DNA of 64,000 bases from Trueperaceae bacterium. Its GTDB lineage: Bacteria; Deinococcota; Deinococci; Deinococcales; Trueperaceae. This document shows, piece by piece, positions 58,693 through 64,000 of the stretch; within the stretch, counting starts at the first letter, position 1, and every line of letters starts with the position of its first letter. Both the position numbers and the translations under genes were made by a program. A model generated the notes under the pieces. That model saw only the letters and a list, made by a program, of their open reading frames with translations, did no database searches and was not told where the DNA came from. The stretch covers positions 1,152,001 through 1,216,000 of the forward strand of contig OZ243956.1 in the NCBI GenBank assembly GCA_965214405.1, read 5' to 3'.

Positions 58693-60684
58693 TTATTGGA
58701 TAACGACCCGGAACCTGAGATAACCGAATTTGTCGGGCGCCAAACTGTTGGCACACCGTCCCGTCTCCATGACGGCGAGGTTCAACGTACCGTTGGTCAC
58801 GCCGTTCAAATCAATGTTGACAACCGAGTTGTCGGGACAAGTGAGTTCGACTTCGCCCGTAGCGCCGTAGCTGTTCTGCACCAAACGGGTGCTTGTGGGC
58901 ACGGTGTCGCGGACGACAACGTTAGAGAGCGTGTTGCCCCGTGCGGTAAAGGTGATGCGGTACTCGAGCACGTCGCCGGGCGCGCCCACGCCGCTCTCGC
59001 CGAAACCGCTCCCCTGGGTCACATTCCGCACGGCTTTGCCGAGCGTGAGCGAACCCGCCGCGGCGACGACGGTGGTTGGATCGGTCGCCGTATTGTTACC
59101 GGGCGTCGTGTCGCCTCCGCCGGAAACGGTCGCGCTGTTGGTGAGTGTACTGGGTGCGCTGGGCAAGACGTTGACGCTCAGGGTGAGGTCGGGGTAGCTC
59201 ACATTCGCGGCGAGCGTGTCCGCCCTCGTCGCCGTGACGGTGGAACCGCTCACGCTCACCGTCCACCCGCTCCCACTCGCCGCCTTGTACGACAGGCCGG
59301 TGGGCAGCGTGTCGCTAAGGGTGACGGTGCCCGCAGTCGCGCCCGTTCCTACGTTGGTCACGCGCAGGATGTAGGTGCCGGTTCCGCCACGCACGAACAC
59401 GCCGGTGTGCGTTTTGCTTGGCGTCAAGTCGGGCGCACCCTGAAGCTCGAACGCGCCGGGTTCACAGCCGCCATAGACCGCGCGGGCGACGCCGCGCTGG
59501 TCTTTCGCGCCGACGCCCGCGCCGCAATCTGAACCGGCTGGGATAACGCCGTTCACGCCGCTGCTATTTGCCAGAGACAACGTTTGCGTCGGGCCGCCGT
59601 TGCTGCCTAGCGCCGGGGCGAGCGCCAAAGACGGGGCGGTGATGGTGTTACCCAGCGCGCATGAATTGCTGGTGTTGGTCCAGTTGTTGCCGCCGTCGGT
59701 GCGCGCCGAGCTGACGGCTCTCCCGCTGTTGGCGACGCAGTTCAGAACCGCGCCGCTGAGTTCGGTGTTGTCGAAAATGAGGCTGCTGCGTAACGTGACC
59801 AAACCGGTACTCGCAAAGTCGATAGCGCCCCCCCTGCCGCCTACGTTATGGGCCATCGTGACGTAAGTCAAGGAGAGGCTGCCGTCGACGCGCACGGCCC
59901 CGCCGGTGCCGCCGACCCCGGCCGCCGTTCCCGCCTCCGAACGGTTGTTGGCGAAGGTGGTGTTGGTGGCGTTGACCACCGCTGCTTTGCCGATGTCGAG
60001 GGCGCCGCCGTCGTCTCTGGCTTTGTTGGCGTGAAAGGTGCTGTCGCTAATGTTAACCGTCGCGTTTTCGACCTCCAGCGCGCCGCCGTCGTTGGAGGTG
60101 CTGTTACTAAAGGTCATGCGCTCGAGATTAAGCACGCCCCCCTCGACGTAGATGGCGCCGCCGTTGCTTTTTGGGCTACCGGGGTCTGCGCCACCGTTTT
60201 CTGTTCCGGCGTTGCCGTTGATGAGCGCGAGGTCGCTTATCGTCACGCTCGAGCGACCCGCCGCTGGCAAAAAGAACACGCGGCTGCCGACGCTGCTGTT
60301 AATCACGCCGTCCCAGCCGCCGCTCACCCTGAGCTGCCCTGAAGGGCTCGCCGCCGCGGGGCCGCTGATCACAAGGTTTGACGTGATGTTGATAGCGCCC
60401 CCCGCCGCACTCGTCAGGGTGATGGTGGCCCCCGCGGGTAGTGAGAAGGTAATGGTGTCGGTGCCAGCAAACGCGTTCGCCTCCTGCACAGCGGCGCGCA
60501 GGGTGCAGACGCCCGCCGCTGTGGCGCACACGCCGTTGCCGGGGGCCGCGTCGGCCCCGTCGGCAACGCTGTTGACGGTAAAGGTCGCGGCCCAGCTCAG
60601 CGTCAGCATAGAGACGAGTCCAAGGCTTACGACGAGCGCCCTGACGCGGCCTACAGGTAAGTGTCTTCTAAAGTGTTGAGGCAT
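58693..60684 (-). CDS. Secreted CSLREA/choice-of-anchor Q/DUF11 surface protein (adhesin-like)
   Basis: Signal peptide; FTVNS..D...G.CTLRAAVQEAN; GGAL repeats; NGGPTQT..DQRG..R; DLTPSKTH...VTLSDTLP; PGDVLEYRI. Confidence 0.88.
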   Translation of the reverse strand: MPQHFRRHLPVGRVRALVVSLGLVSMLTLSWAATFTVNSVADGADAAPGNGVCATAAGVCTLRAAVQEANAFAGTDTITFSLPAGATITLTSAAGGAINITSNLVISGPAAASPSGQLRVSGGWDGVINSSVGSRVFFLPAAGRSSVTISDLALINGNAGTENGGADPGSPKSNGGAIYVEGGVLNLERMTFSNSTSNDGGALEVENATVNISDSTFHANKARDDGGALDIGKAAVVNATNTTFANNRSEAGTAAGVGGTGGAVRVDGSLSLTYVTMAHNVGGRGGAIDFASTGLVTLRSSLIFDNTELSGAVLNCVANSGRAVSSARTDGGNNWTNTSNSCALGNTITAPSLALAPALGSNGGPTQTLSLANSSGVNGVIPAGSDCGAGVGAKDQRGVARAVYGGCEPGAFELQGAPDLTPSKTHTGVFVRGGTGTYILRVTNVGTGATAGTVTLSDTLPTGLSYKAASGSGWTVSVSGSTVTATRADTLAANVSYPDLTLSVNVLPSAPSTLTNSATVSGGGDTTPGNNTATDPTTVVAAAGSLTLGKAVRNVTQGSGFGESGVGAPGDVLEYRITFTARGNTLSNVVVRDTVPTSTRLVQNSYGATGEVELTCPDNSVVNIDLNGVTNGTLNLAVMETGRCANSLAPDKFGYLRFRVVIQ

Positions 60685-61113
60685 GACCTACTCTTATCGC
60701 CGCTGGCGGCGCTCGTTTCGGGGCGTAGCCGCGAACGTCTCAGCCGCGACTTGAAAATACAGCGTACGGCGGCCAGTCACGGCTGTCTATAAGAAAGTGG
60801 GCGTCAGAATGCACTTTACCCGGCGCCTTTTCAGAAACAGTTTTAGAAGCGGCTTTAGAGACGGCTTTAGAGACGGCGGTAAAGAGGTGGGAAGTTCCCA
60901 AGACTTTCCCAGACTTAAAGTGCGGGCCCTCCAAGCGCTAGTCTAAACGCGGCTTTGACGCTCCGCGCTTGACCTCCTCACGAAACTTTGTGGCGAACTC
61001 TATGCCGACTTTGACGTCAGAGCTTGTAGAAGTTAGTGGGTCAGTAACACGCCAACCTCTGCTCTTCTCCTTACCCTCTTCTCCCTCCAATGGATGAGGC
61101 GACCTGAAGAAGG

Positions 61114-61161
61114 GGTTGGTACACTGGTTTGTACACCGGTTTTTACACTGGTTTTTACACT
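61114..61161 (+). repeat. 4 x 12-nt tandem repeat upstream of enoyl-CoA hydratase
   Basis: ggttggtacact ggtttgtacacc ggtttttacact ggtttttacact. Confidence 0.8.
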
Positions 61162-61179
61162 TAGGCCCAAAGGAGCTCT

Positions 61180-61992
61180 ATGACCTTCGCACCCTACGAA
61201 CGTTACGAACGCCTCTCTTTCTCGAGGCCCGCGCCGCGCGTGTTGGAAATTGTCATGAACCGCCCCGACAAACTCAACGCCGCCGACGCCCTCATGCACC
61301 GCGAGCTCAGCCAGGTTTGGCGCGACGTAGACGCGGACCCCCACACCGCCGCCGTGCTCTTACGCGGCGCGGGGCGCGGCTTTTCGGCGGGGGGCGACTT
61401 AGACCTCGTCGAGGCGATGAGCGAGGACTTCGAGACGCTGGCGCGCGTCTGGCGCGAGGCCAAGGACCTGGTTTACAACTTAGTCAACCTGTCCAAGCCC
61501 GTCGTCTCGGCGATTCACGGCCCGGCGGTGGGGGCGGGGCTCGTCGCGGGGCTTTTGGCGGACATCTCCATTGCGAGCAGTACGGCGCGGATTATCGACG
61601 GGCACACGCGGCTGGGCGTGGCGGCGGGCGACCACGCGGCTATAATCTGGCCGCTGCTGTGCGGGATGGCGAAGGCCAAATACCACCTGCTGCTGTGCGA
61701 GCCCGTCAGCGGTGAGGAAGCCGAGCGCATCGGTTTGGTGTCGCTCTGCGTGCCCGAAGAAGAACTCTACACCAAGGCGTTGGAGGTCGCAGAGCGTCTC
61801 GCCGCGGGTTCGCCGACCGCGCTCCGCTGGACCAAACACGCGCTCAACAATTGGCTGCGGCTGGCGGGGCCGACGTTTGACGCCTCGCTGGCGCTCGAGT
61901 TCTTAGGTTTCACCGGCCCCGACGTACGCGAGGGCGTCGCCTCACACCGCGAAAAGCGCGCGCCCGAATTCAGCGACGAAGCGCCCTTTTAG
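61180..61992 (+). CDS. Enoyl-CoA hydratase/isomerase family protein
   Basis: [52 protein letters not shown]. Confidence 0.93.
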   Translation: MTFAPYERYERLSFSRPAPRVLEIVMNRPDKLNAADALMHRELSQVWRDVDADPHTAAVLLRGAGRGFSAGGDLDLVEAMSEDFETLARVWREAKDLVYNLVNLSKPVVSAIHGPAVGAGLVAGLLADISIASSTARIIDGHTRLGVAAGDHAAIIWPLLCGMAKAKYHLLLCEPVSGEEAERIGLVSLCVPEEELYTKALEVAERLAAGSPTALRWTKHALNNWLRLAGPTFDASLALEFLGFTGPDVREGVASHREKRAPEFSDEAPF

Positions 61993-62041
61993 ATTTGAAC
62001 TCTCGTCTTACGCACCTGCTATGGTTTTCAGACAAGAGGCT

Positions 62042-62125
62042 GGATTGGGGGTAGGGAGACCGGAGATAGGGAGCACAAGTTTCTGGTCTTCTCCCTAACG
62101 CCCCGTCTCTCCACTCCCCACCTCA
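62042..62125. repeat. Inverted heptamer (STRR-like) array
   Basis: ggattgg gggtagg gagaccg gagatag ... ctcccta acgcccc gtctctc cactccc cacctca. Confidence 0.6.
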
Positions 62126-62183
62126 GCCACACCGAAGGCTGCGTAACGCCAAGCCAAGCTTTAGAAACCCCTTAGGAGACCCC

Positions 62184-63380
62184 ATGAATCCCCTTTCTGC
62201 AGGCAACCTTTTCAAACTCGTGCGCGAAATCGACTTGGGCGCGATTCAGCGCGAGTCCGAGCGACGTTTTCGCCTTCTCGTCTTGGGTGACGAAGCCCTG
62301 ACGACCGCCCTGGCCGAGGGCTTGAGTGGGGGCGACGGCAAAAGGGGGGTACATCCGTGGCTCGAGCGGCGCCCCTTGGGAACACCCGGCGACTTAAGCG
62401 GCTTTGACCTCGCGCTCCTCGTCCGCGGCGATGTTGAGTATGTAGGGGAGCGTGAAATGAACCCGGAGGCGCAGCTCGAAGCCCTCCGCAACGCGCGCAT
62501 TCCCGTCGTGACCGTTGTCGTCAGCCCCACGGCCGAAACCCAGGTCGGGGCCGAGCTGCCGCGCGACGCGGAAACGGCGCGGGTGCTGCTGCCGGACACG
62601 GAGCCGGGTACCCTCACCCAGAAACTCGCGCCCGCCCTCCTCAAAGTCGCGCAGGGCGACCTGCGCCTCGCGTTGGCGCGGGGGCTGCCTCCGCTGCGCC
62701 CCGCGGCCATGCGCGCGCTTATCGAAGAGACCGCGCGCGCCAACGCGATTTACACGGCCTCCACGGGTCTCGCGGCGGTGGTGCCCGTCCTGAACGTGCC
62801 GCTGGGCGTCGCCGACATTTTTGTGCTGACCAAAAACCAGCTCGTGATGGCCTACAAGCTCGCGCTCGCGGGCGGCAAGGGGGGCAAGCCGCAAGACGTG
62901 ATGGGCGAAATCGTGAGCGTCTTGGGCGGCGGCTTCTTTTTCCGGCAAGTCGCGCGTGAGTTGGTCGGCTTTGTGCCCGTGGTGGGCATTTTGCCCAACA
63001 TCGCGGTGTCTTATGCGGGCACTTGGCTTATCGGGCAGAGCGTGCAGCTCTGGGTCTTGGAGGGCAAAAAACTCAACGTGAGCGAGATGCGCCGCTTGTA
63101 CGACGCGGCCTTGGAGGGGGGCCGTACGCTTGCCGGGGCGCTGCTCGAGCGCGCCCGCAGGAATCAAGGTGACTCAGAAAGTGACCACAAGCGCGCCCGG
63201 CTGCCGTGGCGGCTGTTACCGCGCACCCCCAAAGCCTCCCCGACGTCTTCTGACGGTCAAGAGATATTTTCCAATGGTCAAGATGATGGAAACGGTCAAG
63301 ATGATGGCGAAGGTCAGCAAGGCGAGCAGGGCGGGCGTGACGGGGCTCGAGAAGAAACGCGTAAGGGCGAGAGCTTGTAG
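62184..63380 (+). CDS. DUF697/YcjF-like protein
   Basis: NA.Y...TGL...VP.L..PL..AD..VLTKNQ..M.Y.LA, GGGF.FRQ.ARELVG.VP..G; AGGAG RBS. Confidence 0.75.
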   Translation: MNPLSAGNLFKLVREIDLGAIQRESERRFRLLVLGDEALTTALAEGLSGGDGKRGVHPWLERRPLGTPGDLSGFDLALLVRGDVEYVGEREMNPEAQLEALRNARIPVVTVVVSPTAETQVGAELPRDAETARVLLPDTEPGTLTQKLAPALLKVAQGDLRLALARGLPPLRPAAMRALIEETARANAIYTASTGLAAVVPVLNVPLGVADIFVLTKNQLVMAYKLALAGGKGGKPQDVMGEIVSVLGGGFFFRQVARELVGFVPVVGILPNIAVSYAGTWLIGQSVQLWVLEGKKLNVSEMRRLYDAALEGGRTLAGALLERARRNQGDSESDHKRARLPWRLLPRTPKASPTSSDGQEIFSNGQDDGNGQDDGEGQQGEQGGRDGAREETRKGESL

Positions 63381-63499
63381 CTCTCGCCCAAATCAGGAAG
63401 GTGCCCAAACTGTATGTGTGCACAAGTGTCTTTACGTCGGTGACGAAGCCCGTGCAGAGTCGCACAACTTTTGGTACACCGCCAAATTAGAGAACCCCT

Positions 63500-64000
63500 C
63501 TACTGAGCGGGTTTAACGTTCATGACGACAAACACATAATCCTGATAGTCGCCGTTGTTGGCGTCTTCAAAGGTCACGAGGTAAGAGTTTGCCAGAAGCT
63601 GACCCTCGCGGTTTTTGAGCGGGTACACCCGCGCGGCGTGAGCAGTCTGCTGGGGCGCGGTGTTGTACTGGTCTTGGGTATAGCTCACGCGTTTGAAAAA
63701 TTGGCTGTCCACGTAGAAACCAAAAGGCTCGGTTTCCGGCTCGAACGTTTCGCTACCCACCTCGAGGGCGGGATTAAGCATTTGGCTTTCGCTCATTGCG
63801 CTCGAGAGCGCCCCCACCTGGTGCAGCACCGGCCTACCGTTCTGAAGCGTGTAGTAGCCGAAGGGCAGCGTTTCGGCGGGAGAATAGCGGGCAACAGCCG
63901 TCATCGTGACCGGACCCGGCCCAACCTTTTGAAAAAGGGGTGCCGCGACCTCGTCACCGATGGGCTGAGGGTTGGTGCCCAATTCTAACTGCGAGCCGCC
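63500..64000 (-). CDS. C-terminal part of a probable secreted protein (runs off window end)
   Basis: Open frame to window edge; ends VTFEDANNGDYQDYVFVVMNVKPAQ. Confidence 0.7.
   Translation of the reverse strand, partial: GGSQLELGTNPQPIGDEVAAPLFQKVGPGPVTMTAVARYSPAETLPFGYYTLQNGRPVLHQVGALSSAMSESQMLNPALEVGSETFEPETEPFGFYVDSQFFKRVSYTQDQYNTAPQQTAHAARVYPLKNREGQLLANSYLVTFEDANNGDYQDYVFVVMNVKPAQ

Noticed and set aside
60740..60934. 64-aa ORF with AVSKAVSKAASK repeats
   Set aside because: Explained by the 12-nt DNA repeat; TTG start and no recognisable protein features

Overview
GC-rich bacterial chromosomal segment, most likely Deinococcota (Truepera-like). This is inferred from the LysW-pathway genes lysZ/lysJ, a 3353-aa TamB, a Deinococcus/Thermus-type amtB-glnK pair and many leaderless-type starts. 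It is mostly core metabolism and envelope genes: lemA (partial), mnmA, pgi, amtB-glnK, manA, trpC, acyP, tamB, pckA, two acyl-CoA dehydrogenases, a myo-inositol (iol) cluster with ABC transporter and DeoR regulator, a TAXI-TRAP transporter, two GGDEF proteins and a CSLREA/DUF11 surface protein. No tRNA, rRNA, CRISPR array, transposase or integrase was seen. Most notable: (1) a blaI-blaR1(M56) locus whose M56 gene runs in frame through a single TAG into an intact peptidoglycan amidase and, via a G9 tract, into a further unannotated 80-aa segment; (2) a close-looking homologue of eukaryotic ABHD4/ABHD5 (CGI-58) lipid hydrolases; (3) window-wide hyper-abundance of the palindrome CTCGAG (HIP1-like), plus STRR-like heptamer arrays in intergenic DNA; (4) an orphan Bacteroidota-type GldC; (5) AT-richer single genes (a Schlafen/AlbA_2 protein, immunity-like ORFs) inserted into housekeeping operons. 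Two clear 1-nt frameshifts suggest the assembly may contain indel errors, so frameshift-based claims need read-level checks. All family assignments come from motif recognition by eye; no database search was run.
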